NCBI GenBank assembly: GCA_018394315.1
Contig: CP074575.1
Span: forward strand, 930,001-994,000
Origin: Mycoplasmatota bacterium
Lineage (GTDB): Bacteria; Bacillota_I; Bacilli_A; MAG-NZ
DNA length: 64,000 bases
Direction of reading: 5' to 3'
Position numbers and translations under genes: made by a program. The notes below the pieces were generated by a model, which did not search any database, was not told the origin of the DNA, and saw only the letters and a program-made list of their open reading frames with translations. Positions 23,188-34,480 of this stretch are shown here, piece after piece (positions within the stretch are counted from its first letter, which is position 1; every line of letters starts with the position of its first letter).

Positions 23188-23997
23188 ATGGAAAGAGTAT
23201 TAAGTTTATTAGGTTTATTGTTAGTATTTGTGCTAATCGGTTGTGAAGAAGAGAATAATTCATTTATCGTAGGAATGGAATGTGATTATGCGCCTTATAA
23301 CTGGACAGTTACAGAAAGTGATGCAAGTGATATAGCGGTTCAAATTGATGGGTCAAATCAATACTGCGAAGGTTATGATGTTCAAGTAGCTTCTAGACTT
23401 GCTGAGGATTTAGGATTAGATTTAATGATTAGAAAGATTGCTTGGGATGGGTTACCATCAGCACTAAATTCGAATCAGATTGACGCAATTATTGCTGGTA
23501 TGAGTCCAACTCCTGAAAGAGCGCAAACAATGAATTTTACAAATGCTTATTTTACGGAAGATTCAGAACAAGTAGTGGTATTAAGAAGTGATAGTGATTA
23601 TCTTAATGCAAATTCTTTAAATGACTTTACAGGAGCAACTGTAATTGCGCAATTAGGAACATTTCAAGTTGATTTGATTGCTCAATTAGATGGTGCTAAT
23701 TCAGGTACTCACTTAGCTGACTATCCAGCGGTTATTAATTCAGTTGTATCAGGAGTAGCTGATGCTTACATAGCTGAAAGAGCTGTTGCTGAAGCACACG
23801 TTGCTAATAACAGTGAGTTAACTTTTATTTCTTTTATAGATGGTTTTGAACTAGATCCAGCTTATAACACAGTAGCTGTAGCATTGAGACTAGAAGATAC
23901 TGAGCTTAGAGCCGATATTAATGAGGCGTTAGCGAAAATCTCAGAAGATACTCGTGTAGAGTGGATGGATGAAGCGTCTTTAAGAGCTGGAGAGTGA
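23188..23997 (+). CDS. polar amino-acid ABC transporter substrate-binding lipoprotein (likely lysine)
   Basis: lipobox LIGC; GMECDYAPYNW, GYDV, IIAGMSPT.ER. Confidence 0.9.
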   Translation: MERVLSLLGLLLVFVLIGCEEENNSFIVGMECDYAPYNWTVTESDASDIAVQIDGSNQYCEGYDVQVASRLAEDLGLDLMIRKIAWDGLPSALNSNQIDAIIAGMSPTPERAQTMNFTNAYFTEDSEQVVVLRSDSDYLNANSLNDFTGATVIAQLGTFQVDLIAQLDGANSGTHLADYPAVINSVVSGVADAYIAERAVAEAHVANNSELTFISFIDGFELDPAYNTVAVALRLEDTELRADINEALAKISEDTRVEWMDEASLRAGE

Positions 23998-24005
23998 TGT
24001 AATAT

Positions 24006-24833
24006 ATGATTTTCTTAAGATATGTTTTATCGGGTACTGTGAAAATAGTACCTGATGGAACGTTTCAAAGAATGGTATTTATAGTTCAAAATTATTATCC
24101 AATGTTCCTTGAAGGGTTGAAATATACTTTAGTTATTTCTTTAGTAGGTACTCTATTCGGTGTTTTAATCGGTATGATTTTAGCATCAATGAAGATTCAA
24201 AAAATAACTAAAAGGGACTCATTTACAATTAGAATTTTGAAAAGAGCAGGAATCATTTTTTCTACTGCATATGTAGATATCGTAAGAGGAACACCTATGA
24301 TGCTTCAAGCAATTATCCTGTATTATGCATTCTTTGTTAAATGGTTTAATATGAGTGTAATGTTAGCAGGGATAATTATCATATCACTTAACACTGCTGC
24401 GTATGCAACAGAGGTATTAAGAGGAGCAATCAACGCGATTGATAAAGGGCAAATGGAAGCCGCTCGTAGTCTGGGTATGAGTTATAAACAAGCTATGTTA
24501 AATGTTATTTTACCTCAGGCTTTTAAAAACTCAGTTCCAGCCATTGGGAATGAGTTAGTAATTAATATTAAAGATTCGTCGGTATTAAGTGTGATTGGTG
24601 TAATTGAGTTAATGTATCAGTCAAAGGCTGCAGCTAGTCAATATTTCTTACATGTTGAGTCTGCTTTAGTAGCTGGAGTAGTTTATTTAATATTAACTAT
24701 GTCTGCAACTAGGCTTTTAGAATATTTTGATAAAAGATTAAACTCACCAAGTGGGAGTGCTTTGAAAATTAGCATACCAACTAGTCAAAGTTTTCAGTCA
24801 AGGAAAAGGGGAAATGCTAAATGGCGATTATAA
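24006..24833 (+). CDS. amino-acid ABC transporter permease
   Basis: [30 protein letters not shown]. Confidence 0.93.
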   Translation: MIFLRYVLSGTVKIVPDGTFQRMVFIVQNYYPMFLEGLKYTLVISLVGTLFGVLIGMILASMKIQKITKRDSFTIRILKRAGIIFSTAYVDIVRGTPMMLQAIILYYAFFVKWFNMSVMLAGIIIISLNTAAYATEVLRGAINAIDKGQMEAARSLGMSYKQAMLNVILPQAFKNSVPAIGNELVINIKDSSVLSVIGVIELMYQSKAAASQYFLHVESALVAGVVYLILTMSATRLLEYFDKRLNSPSGSALKISIPTSQSFQSRKRGNAKWRL

Positions 24834-25555
24834 GAGTAAGAAATTTAAAGAAGTCGTTTGGTGATTTAGAAGTTTTAAAGGATATCAATGTAGATTTTAA
24901 TAGAGGAGAAGTGGTGTGTATTATTGGAGCATCCGGTAGTGGAAAATCAACTCTTCTTAGATGCTTGAATTTGTTAGAAGAACCAACAAGCGGTAATATA
25001 GTTTTTGATGGTAATGAACTAACGAGTACAAATACTAATCTAGATCAGTTAAGAACAAAGATAGGAATGGTATTTCAATCATTTAACTTATTTAACAACA
25101 AGAGTGTGTTAGATAATCTTACATTAGCACCTATTCATGTACTTAAGAACTCCAAAGAGTTAGCAGAGCAAAAGGCTTTGAAATTACTTGATAGAGTAGG
25201 CTTAAAAGATTTTGCTAATTATACTGTAAAAACAATATCCGGTGGTCAAAAGCAAAGGGTTTCTATCGCTAGATCGTTAATGATGGAACCAAGTATTATG
25301 TTATTTGACGAACCAACAAGTGCACTGGACCCGGAGATGGTTGGTGAGGTTTTGGAGGTAATGAAATCTTTAGCATCACAAGGTATGACAATGATTGTAG
25401 TTACACATGAAATGGAATTCGCTAAAGATGTTTCTGATAGAGTTCTTTTTATGGATCAGGGTATAATCCTAGAAGCAGGATCACCAGAGGAAATTTTCAC
25501 CAATCCTAAAAAAACAAGAACAAAAGAATTTTTAAGTAGAGTACTAAGAAACTAG
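24821..25555 (+). CDS. amino-acid ABC transporter ATPase (GlnQ-like)
   Basis: [26 protein letters not shown]. Confidence 0.94.
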   Translation: MAIIRVRNLKKSFGDLEVLKDINVDFNRGEVVCIIGASGSGKSTLLRCLNLLEEPTSGNIVFDGNELTSTNTNLDQLRTKIGMVFQSFNLFNNKSVLDNLTLAPIHVLKNSKELAEQKALKLLDRVGLKDFANYTVKTISGGQKQRVSIARSLMMEPSIMLFDEPTSALDPEMVGEVLEVMKSLASQGMTMIVVTHEMEFAKDVSDRVLFMDQGIILEAGSPEEIFTNPKKTRTKEFLSRVLRN

Positions 25556-25580
25556 AAAATCGTATACGATTTTCTTTTTT
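25554..25580 (+). terminator. intrinsic terminator
   Basis: AGAAAATCGT-AT-ACGATTTTCT followed by T-run. Confidence 0.7.
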
Positions 25581-25629
25581 ATATTCAAACTCACAATGAA
25601 TATATGGTTAAAATAGACACATATTAAGT

Positions 25630-25645
25630 ATGACAGCGTTTTCAA
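25630..25645 (+). promoter_or_regulatory. cre-like (CcpA/LacI-family) operator
   Basis: ATGACAGCGTTTTCAA matches WTGNNARCGNWWWCAW. Confidence 0.6.
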
Positions 25646-25737
25646 ACCGTAAAGTTTCTTTAAAAATTTGTTTATGTTGTCTTTTTATTGTATAATATTG
25701 GCGTGAAAAAAAGACAATATTCAGGAGGTAAACAAAT

Positions 25738-28700
25738 ATGTCAATTAAATTCCAATCAATGGACGGAAATCAGGCAGCAGCCTATACTTCATATGCTTTT
25801 ACAGAAGTTGCAGGTATTTATCCAATCACACCTTCATCACCAATGGCTGAATGGGTGGATTTATGGGCTTCTCAAGGTAAGAAAAACCTATTTAATGTTC
25901 CAGTAAAAGTTGTGGAAATGCAATCAGAAGCAGGTGCTGCTGGTGCCGTTCACGGTTCTTTACAGGGCGGAGCTTTAACTACTACATACACTGCTTCACA
26001 AGGACTTTTATTAAAAGTTCCAAACATGTATAAGATTGCTGGTCAATTATTACCAGGAGTAATACATGTAGCTGCTAGAAGTATCGCTTCACAAGCTTTA
26101 TCAATCTTTGGAGATCACCAAGATGTTATGGCTGCAAGACAAACTGGTTTTGCAATGTTATCTAGTGGTTCTGTTCAAGAAGTTATGGATTTAGGTGGAG
26201 TTGCTCATCTAGCAGCAATTGAATCTAAAGTACCATTCTTACATTTCTTCGACGGATTTAGAACTTCTCATGAGATTCAAAAAGTTGAGGTTATGGATTA
26301 TGAAGTATATGATCGTTTATTAGATCGCGATGGTGTAAATGAATTTAGAAAGAATGCATTAAATCCTAATAATCCATTAACTCGTGGATCTGCTCAAAAT
26401 GATGATGTTTATTTCCAGGCTGCTGAAGCCCAAAATAAATACTGGGAAGCTGTTCCTGATATTGCTGCAAAATATATGAGTGAAATTTCTAAAGTAACAG
26501 GAAGAAAATATGCGCCATTCGTGTATTATGGTGCTGAAGATGCTACTGATGTAATTATCGCTATGGCTTCTGTAACTGAAGCTATAGAAGAAACTATTGA
26601 TCACTTAAATTCAAATGGTTCAAAAGTAGGGTTATTAACTGTACATTTGTATAGACCATTTAGTTCAAAATATTTCTTTGAAGCAATGCCAAAAACTGTT
26701 GAAAGAATTGCAGTATTAGATCGTACAAAGGAAAAAGGTGCAATTCATGAACCATTACATTTAGATGTTAAATCTATTTATTATGGTGCTAATGATGCTC
26801 CTGTTATCATTGGTGGACGTTATGGTTTATCTAGTAAAGATACTACTCCAAATCAAATCGTTGCTGTTTATGATAACCTTAAAGGTGAACAAAAAGACGG
26901 ATTTACAATCGGAATCGTTGATGATGTAACTCATTTATCTTTAGAAGAACCTACTGAGCATATCGATGTATCTGATGAGTCAACTACAGAATTATTATTC
27001 TATGGATTAGGTTCAGATGGTACAGTTGGTGCATCTAAAAACACAATTAAGATTATCGGTGAAAACACTGATTTATATGGTCAATCTTACTCAAGTTATG
27101 ATTCTAAAAAATCTGGTGGAGTTACTCGTATGCACTTAAGATTTGGTAAGAGACCAATTAGAAGTACTTATTTAGTAAGTACACCTCACTTTGTTTCTTG
27201 TTCACAAGATTCATACTTAGATAAATATGATATGATAGGTGGTTTAAGAAAAGATGGTACATTCTTACTTAATACTATTGAGTCACCTGAAACTGTTTTA
27301 GATATATTACCAAATAGTGTAAAAAAAATATTAGCTGAAAAAGGTGCTAAGTTCTATATTATTAATGCAATTAAATTGGCTAATGAAATTGGATTAGGTA
27401 AAAGAATTAATACTATTATGCAATCGGCTTTCTTTAAATTAAATGAGCAAATTATCCCTTATGAAACCGCTCAAGACTTAATGAAAAAATATGTTGATAA
27501 AGCATACGGTCGTAAAGGTGAAGCTATTATTAAAATGAACTATGAAGCGATTGATAAGGGTGCTGAGGGATTAGTTGAAGTAACGGTTAATCCTGAGTGG
27601 GCAAGCTTAGAAGTTGAATCTAAAGTTGATAATTCATATAGACCAACATATGTTAAAGATATTGCTGATCCTGTAAGTGCTATTAAAGGTTATGATTTAC
27701 CTGTATCTGCATTTAATGATTATGTAGATGGTAGAATGATCAATGGTTCTACTGCTTATGAAAAACGTGGTGTTGCTGTTGAAGTGCCTGTTTGGCTTAG
27801 CGAAAATTGTATTCAATGTAATCAATGTTCGTTTGCATGTCCTCATGCAGTAATTAGACCATTCTTAGTTGCTAAAGAAGAAGCTGAAAAAGCTCCTGAA
27901 GGTTCTGTGTTACTAAAACCTATCGGTAAAGGATTAGATGGATTAGAGTATACTATTCAAATTTCAACATTAGATTGTACTGGATGTAACTTATGTGTAA
28001 ATGTTTGTCCTGGGAAAAAAGGAAATAAAGCATTAGAAATGATTCCAATTGGAGATGCATTAGATAAAGATCAAGCTGTTCAAGCTGAATACTTCTTTAA
28101 CGAAGTAACTTATAAAGAAGACATTTTAGATAAAAAACAAAATGCTAAAAATTCTCAATTTGCAAAACCATTATTTGAGTTCTCTGGTGCATGTGCTGGA
28201 TGTGGAGAAACTCCATATGTAAAATTAACTACTCAATTATTTGGAGATAGAATGACTATTGCGAATGCAACAGGATGTACTTCTATTTATGGTGCAAGTT
28301 TCCCTGCAACGCCTTATACAACTAACTCTTGTGGAAAAGGACCTGCTTGGGCTAACTCATTATTTGAAGATAATGCTGAATTTGGATATGGTATGCGTAT
28401 TTCAAATGAAACATTAAGAGATCAATTACAAAACTTATTAATTGATGCTAAAGAAGAAGTTTCTAATCCAGAGTTTGCTGGTTTAGTTGATAAATGGATA
28501 GAGAATAGAAGAAGTGGTGATGTTACTGCTGAATTAGCTCCACAAATCATAAACATTCTTGAAAATGAGTGTTGTGGAAGCGGATGTAGCTGTGGACATG
28601 TGGCAGTAAACAATGCTTTAGAATTAAAAGATTACTTAATTAAGCGTTCAAATTGGATCTTTGGTGGAGACGGTTGGGCATATGATATTGGTTATGGTGG

Positions 28701-29307
28701 TTTAGATCACGTAATAGCTAATTCAGATGATGTTAATATTTTAGTAGTTGATACTGAAGTTTACTCTAATACTGGAGGGCAATCTTCTAAGTCTTCTCAA
28801 ACTGGGTCAATCGCTAAATTTACAGCTGCTGGTAAACCTGGTAAGAAAAAAGATTTAGCTGCTATCGCTATGACATATGGTCATGTATATGTTGCACAAG
28901 TTTCACATGGTGCATCACAAGCGCAAGTTATTAAAGCTATGAGAGAAGCAGAAGCTCATGATGGACCATCAATTGTTATTGCATACTCTCCATGTATTGC
29001 TCATGGGATTAAAGGTGGATTAGGTAATACATTTGAACAATCTAAATTAGCAACGATGTCTGGATATTGGCCGACATTTAGATATAACCCTAGCTTAGCT
29101 GAAGAAGGGAAAAATCCGTTTGTTATAGATTGTAAAGAACCAGATTGGGATAGATATCATGACTTCTTAATGAATGAAGCTAGATATTCACAATTAACAT
29201 TAGTTAATCCTGAAGAAGCTGAAGATTTATTAAATAAAAACAAAGCTGAATCTATGAAACGTTGGGAAATGTACAAACGTTATGAAGCAATGGATTGGAG
29301 CAAATAA
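25738..29307 (+). CDS. nifJ: pyruvate:ferredoxin (flavodoxin) oxidoreductase
   Basis: YPITPSS, EMQSEAGAAG, two CxxCxxCxxxCP motifs, GACAGCGETPY, GGDGWAYDIG. Confidence 0.97.
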   Translation: MSIKFQSMDGNQAAAYTSYAFTEVAGIYPITPSSPMAEWVDLWASQGKKNLFNVPVKVVEMQSEAGAAGAVHGSLQGGALTTTYTASQGLLLKVPNMYKIAGQLLPGVIHVAARSIASQALSIFGDHQDVMAARQTGFAMLSSGSVQEVMDLGGVAHLAAIESKVPFLHFFDGFRTSHEIQKVEVMDYEVYDRLLDRDGVNEFRKNALNPNNPLTRGSAQNDDVYFQAAEAQNKYWEAVPDIAAKYMSEISKVTGRKYAPFVYYGAEDATDVIIAMASVTEAIEETIDHLNSNGSKVGLLTVHLYRPFSSKYFFEAMPKTVERIAVLDRTKEKGAIHEPLHLDVKSIYYGANDAPVIIGGRYGLSSKDTTPNQIVAVYDNLKGEQKDGFTIGIVDDVTHLSLEEPTEHIDVSDESTTELLFYGLGSDGTVGASKNTIKIIGENTDLYGQSYSSYDSKKSGGVTRMHLRFGKRPIRSTYLVSTPHFVSCSQDSYLDKYDMIGGLRKDGTFLLNTIESPETVLDILPNSVKKILAEKGAKFYIINAIKLANEIGLGKRINTIMQSAFFKLNEQIIPYETAQDLMKKYVDKAYGRKGEAIIKMNYEAIDKGAEGLVEVTVNPEWASLEVESKVDNSYRPTYVKDIADPVSAIKGYDLPVSAFNDYVDGRMINGSTAYEKRGVAVEVPVWLSENCIQCNQCSFACPHAVIRPFLVAKEEAEKAPEGSVLLKPIGKGLDGLEYTIQISTLDCTGCNLCVNVCPGKKGNKALEMIPIGDALDKDQAVQAEYFFNEVTYKEDILDKKQNAKNSQFAKPLFEFSGACAGCGETPYVKLTTQLFGDRMTIANATGCTSIYGASFPATPYTTNSCGKGPAWANSLFEDNAEFGYGMRISNETLRDQLQNLLIDAKEEVSNPEFAGLVDKWIENRRSGDVTAELAPQIINILENECCGSGCSCGHVAVNNALELKDYLIKRSNWIFGGDGWAYDIGYGGLDHVIANSDDVNILVVDTEVYSNTGGQSSKSSQTGSIAKFTAAGKPGKKKDLAAIAMTYGHVYVAQVSHGASQAQVIKAMREAEAHDGPSIVIAYSPCIAHGIKGGLGNTFEQSKLATMSGYWPTFRYNPSLAEEGKNPFVIDCKEPDWDRYHDFLMNEARYSQLTLVNPEEAEDLLNKNKAESMKRWEMYKRYEAMDWSK

Positions 29308-29318
29308 ATAAACTTTTG

Positions 29319-29341
29319 GGTGTGTGATAACACACCTTTTT
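29319..29341 (+). terminator. intrinsic terminator
   Basis: GGTGTGT-gata-ACACACC+TTTTT. Confidence 0.75.
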
Positions 29342-29403
29342 CTTGTTAGAATGATTATCATTTGATATAATGTTTGATGTATATAAGATTAAAGAGGTGT
29401 ATC

Positions 29404-30549
29404 ATGAAGAAAATAATAAGTATTATGTTTTTGTTGCTTTTAGTAGGTTGCTCTAAAGATGAGAACGATGGATTACTATATAAGTATGTTGGAATTTATG
29501 ATGAATACTTAAATACTACCACTTATATTACAATTTACCATAATGAAAACTATTACACAAAATATGAGAATAAGGTTGATGATGGTGTAAAGTTTAGTGA
29601 TATAGTAGAATTTCAGGGTATTGAAGATATATTATTAGAATCACATAATGTATTTGATGCCCACAGTAATGAGAGTGAACTAGGAAAACTGAACAATTTT
29701 GCACATATAGCACCTGTAAAGGTTAGTGAAGAGTTGTACGATATGATAAAACAAGCTTTATATTTTGCTGAAACCTCGGATGGTGCTTACGATCCAACTG
29801 TAGGTCCATTAGCGGATTTATGGGGGATAGATGAGACTTCTTGGTTTATGGGAGGAACTATTCCAAGTGAAAGTGCTATTAATGATACGTTAGAGTTTGT
29901 TGATTATAAAAAGGTAATTATCGATGACGCTAATAAAACCGTATTTTATGAACAAGAAGGTGTGAAATTAGACTTAGGTGGAATTGTAAAAGGGTACGTT
30001 ACAGAGCGTATAAGAGATTATCTTACAAGTAAAGGTGTCAATAATGGAATAGTTAATGTAGGCTCTAGTTCCCAACTTACTATCGGTACTAGGTGTGTTG
30101 CATCTGAAGAATTGAATGGTGAAGTTACACTATATGAGGACACGGGTAATCCATGGAATATAGGTACTAGTGATCCATTTGATTTATGGGCAATGAATGA
30201 TCCAATTGGCGTGTTTCCTTTAGTCGATAAGGCACTATCAACAAGTGGGAGTGCTCTTCAGTTTTTTGAAATAGACGGAGAGAGATATCATCATATTTTT
30301 GATACAAAAACTGGTTACCCCGTTGATAATGAATTGATTGTAGTTCAACTTCAATCTGATAATTTAGTTGGAGTTGATGCAGTTTCAACAATGATTTATG
30401 TATTAGGTTTAGAAGAAGGAATGGAATATATTGAGAGTATAGATGGAATGGATGCAATTTTTATTACATATGATAAGGAAATCTATATCAGTAGCGGTTT
30501 TGATGGATATAAAATTACTACTGGTGGTTATGATCTTAAAACAAAATAA
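29404..30549 (+). CDS. apbE: FAD:protein FMN transferase lipoprotein
   Basis: lipobox LVGC; DPTVGPL..LW, LDLGGIVKGY, STSG, YHHI.D.KTGYP. Confidence 0.9.
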   Translation: MKKIISIMFLLLLVGCSKDENDGLLYKYVGIYDEYLNTTTYITIYHNENYYTKYENKVDDGVKFSDIVEFQGIEDILLESHNVFDAHSNESELGKLNNFAHIAPVKVSEELYDMIKQALYFAETSDGAYDPTVGPLADLWGIDETSWFMGGTIPSESAINDTLEFVDYKKVIIDDANKTVFYEQEGVKLDLGGIVKGYVTERIRDYLTSKGVNNGIVNVGSSSQLTIGTRCVASEELNGEVTLYEDTGNPWNIGTSDPFDLWAMNDPIGVFPLVDKALSTSGSALQFFEIDGERYHHIFDTKTGYPVDNELIVVQLQSDNLVGVDAVSTMIYVLGLEEGMEYIESIDGMDAIFITYDKEIYISSGFDGYKITTGGYDLKTK

Positions 30550-30567
30550 TCTTAGTAAGTACTAAAT

Positions 30568-30600
30568 ATGTTGATAGACGTTTTGTCTATCAACATTTCT
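30568..30600 (+). terminator. hairpin terminator
   Basis: ATGTTGATAGAC-gtttt-GTCTATCAACAT perfect 12-bp stem. Confidence 0.7.
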
Positions 30601-30755
30601 TATGAACTAAAGAAACAGAATTATTTATCTTTTATTAGTTAAGTAATATCAAAAAGTTTGTGTATTATTAGACTTGATAATAGGGAAAATATATAATATT
30701 GTAGTAAGGTTATGAATTGATAATCTACCAAAACATTTTTTGAATAGGTGATAAA

Positions 30756-31577
30756 ATGAAACCAACATTAGAAATAAAAGACTTAAAAGTTAACGTAGAA
30801 AATAAAGAAATATTAAAAGGCGTAAATTTGGAGATAAAAGGTGGAGAGGTTCACGCGATAATGGGACCAAATGGAACAGGTAAATCCACACTATCAATGG
30901 CTGTCATGGGTCATCCAAGATACAATGTGACTTCTGGAAGTGTTATGCTAGATGGTGAAAATGTACTTGATATGAGCGTAGATGAAAGAAGTAGAAATGG
31001 TCTATTTTTAGCTATGCAGTATCCAAAGGAAGTAAACGGAATAACAAATGCTGATTTTGTTAGAACTGCACTTAATAAAAGAAGAGAAGGTTCAGAAATC
31101 AGTTTCGTTAAGTTTTTCAAGAAGTTTGAAAAAGCAGTTTCAGAACTAAAAATGCGCGAAGATCTACCACATCGTTATTTAAATGAGGGATTTAGTGGTG
31201 GAGAAAAAAAACGTAACGAGATATTGCAAATGAAGGTATTAGAACCAAAGATAGCTATTCTTGATGAGATTGACTCTGGGTTAGATGTAGATGCATTAAG
31301 AATTGTTGGAGAAAATGTAAGTTCAATGGTTAATGATAACTTTGGGTGTTTATTAATTACTCATTATCAGAGATTATTAGACCATATTAAACCTGATTTT
31401 GTTCACGTGATGATTGATGGTGTTATTGTAAAAACAGGTGGACAAGAACTTATCAAGAAAATAGATGAAGAAGGTTATGACTGGGTAAGAGAAGAATTAG
31501 GTATTGAATTTGAGCTAGAATTAGATGAGAAAGTGATTTTGGGTAATTGCGCAGTTAGCGGCACGATTAAGGAGTAG
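30756..31577 (+). CDS. sufC: Fe-S assembly ATPase
   Basis: GPNGTGKS, FLAMQYP, NEGFSGGEKKRNE, LDEIDSGLD. Confidence 0.97.
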   Translation: MKPTLEIKDLKVNVENKEILKGVNLEIKGGEVHAIMGPNGTGKSTLSMAVMGHPRYNVTSGSVMLDGENVLDMSVDERSRNGLFLAMQYPKEVNGITNADFVRTALNKRREGSEISFVKFFKKFEKAVSELKMREDLPHRYLNEGFSGGEKKRNEILQMKVLEPKIAILDEIDSGLDVDALRIVGENVSSMVNDNFGCLLITHYQRLLDHIKPDFVHVMIDGVIVKTGGQELIKKIDEEGYDWVREELGIEFELELDEKVILGNCAVSGTIKE

Positions 31578-31578
31578 A

Positions 31579-32844
31579 ATGATGTTTGATATTGATATTG
31601 AAAAAATTTTCTCTCATAATCCAAATTCTGTTTTAAATTATCGTAAAGAATCTGTAGCAGATATTGACGCTTTAGAATATCCTAACTTGGGGAAGTTAAA
31701 AATTAGTGATTTTATAAGGAAAGATTTGAAGATTCAAAATGTTTTTATAAATAAATCATATACAGTTCCTAAACAGATTCAAAATATTGTTAAAGATGAA
31801 GATAATGTAATAATATTAAAAGATGGAAATATTATTTATGAAAATCTAGGTGATAGATTCAATGATATTTATATAAACGATTTTAATTCTGCTTTTGAAG
31901 AGAAACCTGATGTCGTACTTGATTTCTTAAAGCAAGAAAAAAATAAGTTAAAGCAGAATAAACTTACTGCTTTTAACAGAGCATATTTAAATAGCGGGAT
32001 TTTAATAGATATACCAAGAAAAACTTCACTTGATGAAATTAAATTATTTTATTTGCAAGAAAACGCAGATATGATTCATAGAACAGTGGTAATAGCTGGT
32101 GAGAGAAGTGATGTAAGAATTGTTGAATATTTTGTGAATAATACAGATTGTACAGCTAATATCGTAACAGATATTTTTGCCAAAGAGAATGCGAAAGTTA
32201 ACTATTTCTCTGTAGATAGATTTTCAAGAGAAGCTAGAGTTTATAATGCTTTTAGAAGTTATGTTGAAAAAAGTGCTTACTTAGATGTTACTCGAGCTGT
32301 GTTATCTGAAGCTAACGTTATTTCTGATACTTTAATTAACTTAGTAGCGATGGGCGCAGAAGTAGAAGTTAAATCTATTGCAATTTCAGAAAATAATCAA
32401 ATTCAAAATATTAATACTGAAACACATCATTTAGCTAAGAATACATATAGTCAAATTACTAATCAAGGTGTATCAACCGACAATTCGAAGTTAGTATTTA
32501 ATAATACAGGTAAGATATATAAAGGAATGAGCTCTTCAAAGGCTTTCCAAACTTCTAGAGGAATAATTTTAAGCAAAAAAGCCTCTTTAAGTGCTAATCC
32601 TTTCTTGTTAATTGATGAATATGATGTTGAAGCTGGTCATGGAGCAACAATTGGTAAGTTTGATGACGATAGTTTATTCTATTTGATGAGTAGAGGATTA
32701 ACAAAAAGTGATGCAGAAAAGCTAATCATCGCTGGATTTATAGCGCCAATCTTAGACGGAATCGAAAATGAATTCCTTAAAGAAGAGATTAAGCATATTA
32801 TAGACTATAAGCTTAGAGAAAAAAAATATTCTGAGGGTGAATAA
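31579..32844 (+). CDS. sufD: Fe-S assembly protein SufD
   Basis: [30 protein letters not shown]; position in suf operon. Confidence 0.92.
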   Translation: MMFDIDIEKIFSHNPNSVLNYRKESVADIDALEYPNLGKLKISDFIRKDLKIQNVFINKSYTVPKQIQNIVKDEDNVIILKDGNIIYENLGDRFNDIYINDFNSAFEEKPDVVLDFLKQEKNKLKQNKLTAFNRAYLNSGILIDIPRKTSLDEIKLFYLQENADMIHRTVVIAGERSDVRIVEYFVNNTDCTANIVTDIFAKENAKVNYFSVDRFSREARVYNAFRSYVEKSAYLDVTRAVLSEANVISDTLINLVAMGAEVEVKSIAISENNQIQNINTETHHLAKNTYSQITNQGVSTDNSKLVFNNTGKIYKGMSSSKAFQTSRGIILSKKASLSANPFLLIDEYDVEAGHGATIGKFDDDSLFYLMSRGLTKSDAEKLIIAGFIAPILDGIENEFLKEEIKHIIDYKLREKKYSEGE

Positions 32845-34033
32845 AATGTATAAAAAAGATTTTCCAGTACTAAATAAAGGTATCACTTATCTTGATAGTG
32901 GTGCATCAAGTTTAAAGCCTTCAATAGTAATGGAAGCTATGAATGATTACTACAATAACTATGGTGTTAATGTTCATCGTGGTGTATATGAGATAAGTCA
33001 TATTGCTACTGAGATGTATGAAGCAGCAAGGGAGAGAGTTGCTGGTTTTATTAATGCAGATACTGAAGAGGTTGTTTTTACTAGAGGTGCTTCAAGCTCA
33101 CTTAATATAGTAGCAAGTAGCTATGGGTTAGCAAATGTAAACGAAGGTGATGAGATTATTCTATCTGAATTAGAACACCATTCACATTTATTACCATGGC
33201 AAAATGTTGCTAAAGTTAAGAAAGCAAAATTAGTGTATATTCCTTTAACAAAAGAGGGAAGAATAACAGTTGATAACTTTAAATCAGTTTTAAGTGATAA
33301 GACTAAGGTAGTTGCACTTACATATGTTTCAAATGTTATGGGTTATGTTTCTCCTTTAGATGAAATTATTAATATAGCACATCAAAATGAAATTGTTGTT
33401 TCAGTTGATGCTGCTCAAGCTGCACCACATAAGAAAATTGACGTGAAAAAGCTTGACTGCGATTTTCTTTCATTCAGTGCTCATAAAATGTGTGGACCAA
33501 CAGGAGTTGGTGTACTATATGGAAAGAAAGAATTGTTAAATTCTATGGACCCAATTGAGTTTGGTGGAGATATGAATGATGATGTAGGACTATATGATGC
33601 AACTTTTAAAGATGCGCCATATAAATTTGAGACTGGAACTATGCCGATAGCCGAGGTCATTGGTTTTAAAACGGCTGTTGAGTACTTAGAAAGCATTGGG
33701 ATGGATGAAATACAGCGCCACGAGAAGACATTAAGAGACTATGCAGTTGAAAAAATGTTAAAAATTGATGGAGTTAAGGTATACAATAAAGATTCTGAAA
33801 CAGGAATCCTTGCCTTTAACATAGAGAATGTTCATCCACATGATGCAGCAAGTGTGTTTGATAAAAATGGTGTTTGCTTACGTGCTGGACATCATTGTGC
33901 TCAACCCTTAGTTAATTGGTTGGGTGAAGTAGCAACATTAAGAGCATCATTTTATATTTACAATACAAAAGAAGATGTAGATAAATTTATTGAATCTGTT
34001 ATTGAAGCAAGAGACTTCTTTGGGCAGTTTTAA
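32837..34033 (+). CDS. sufS: cysteine desulfurase
   Basis: NVHRG, LEHH, DAAQ, SAHKMCGPTG, RAGHHCAQP. Confidence 0.96.
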   Translation: MNKMYKKDFPVLNKGITYLDSGASSLKPSIVMEAMNDYYNNYGVNVHRGVYEISHIATEMYEAARERVAGFINADTEEVVFTRGASSSLNIVASSYGLANVNEGDEIILSELEHHSHLLPWQNVAKVKKAKLVYIPLTKEGRITVDNFKSVLSDKTKVVALTYVSNVMGYVSPLDEIINIAHQNEIVVSVDAAQAAPHKKIDVKKLDCDFLSFSAHKMCGPTGVGVLYGKKELLNSMDPIEFGGDMNDDVGLYDATFKDAPYKFETGTMPIAEVIGFKTAVEYLESIGMDEIQRHEKTLRDYAVEKMLKIDGVKVYNKDSETGILAFNIENVHPHDAASVFDKNGVCLRAGHHCAQPLVNWLGEVATLRASFYIYNTKEDVDKFIESVIEARDFFGQF

Positions 34034-34051
34034 TTTTACGAGGGGATCAAG

Positions 34052-34480
34052 ATGAGCGATTTAAATAATTTGTATAGACAGGTAATTATGGATCATTATA
34101 AAAACCCTAGAAATAAGGGTTTAGTTGGTGATGCTAATTATAAAAAATTTCATGTAAAGAATCCTTCATGCGGTGATGATATTACTGTACAAACCAAAGT
34201 AGCTGATGGTACTATTCAGGATGTTAAACATGATGGAACTGGTTGTAGTATTTGTTGCTCTAGTGCTTCTGTCATGAGTGAAACTCTAATGGGTAAAAAG
34301 GTTACTGAAGCTGAAGATATAATAGATAATTACTATAATATGATCAAAGGGAAAGAGTACGATGAAGACCTTGATATGGGTGATGCAATCGTTTACTCTG
34401 GAGTTGCTAATTTTCCTGCTAGAGTAAAATGCGCAACAGTTGCTTGGCAAGCTGCTGAGGAGTCTTTGAAGAATGAATAA
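34052..34480 (+). CDS. sufU: SUF sulfur-transfer protein
   Basis: [26 protein letters not shown]. Confidence 0.95.
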   Translation: MSDLNNLYRQVIMDHYKNPRNKGLVGDANYKKFHVKNPSCGDDITVQTKVADGTIQDVKHDGTGCSICCSSASVMSETLMGKKVTEAEDIIDNYYNMIKGKEYDEDLDMGDAIVYSGVANFPARVKCATVAWQAAEESLKNE

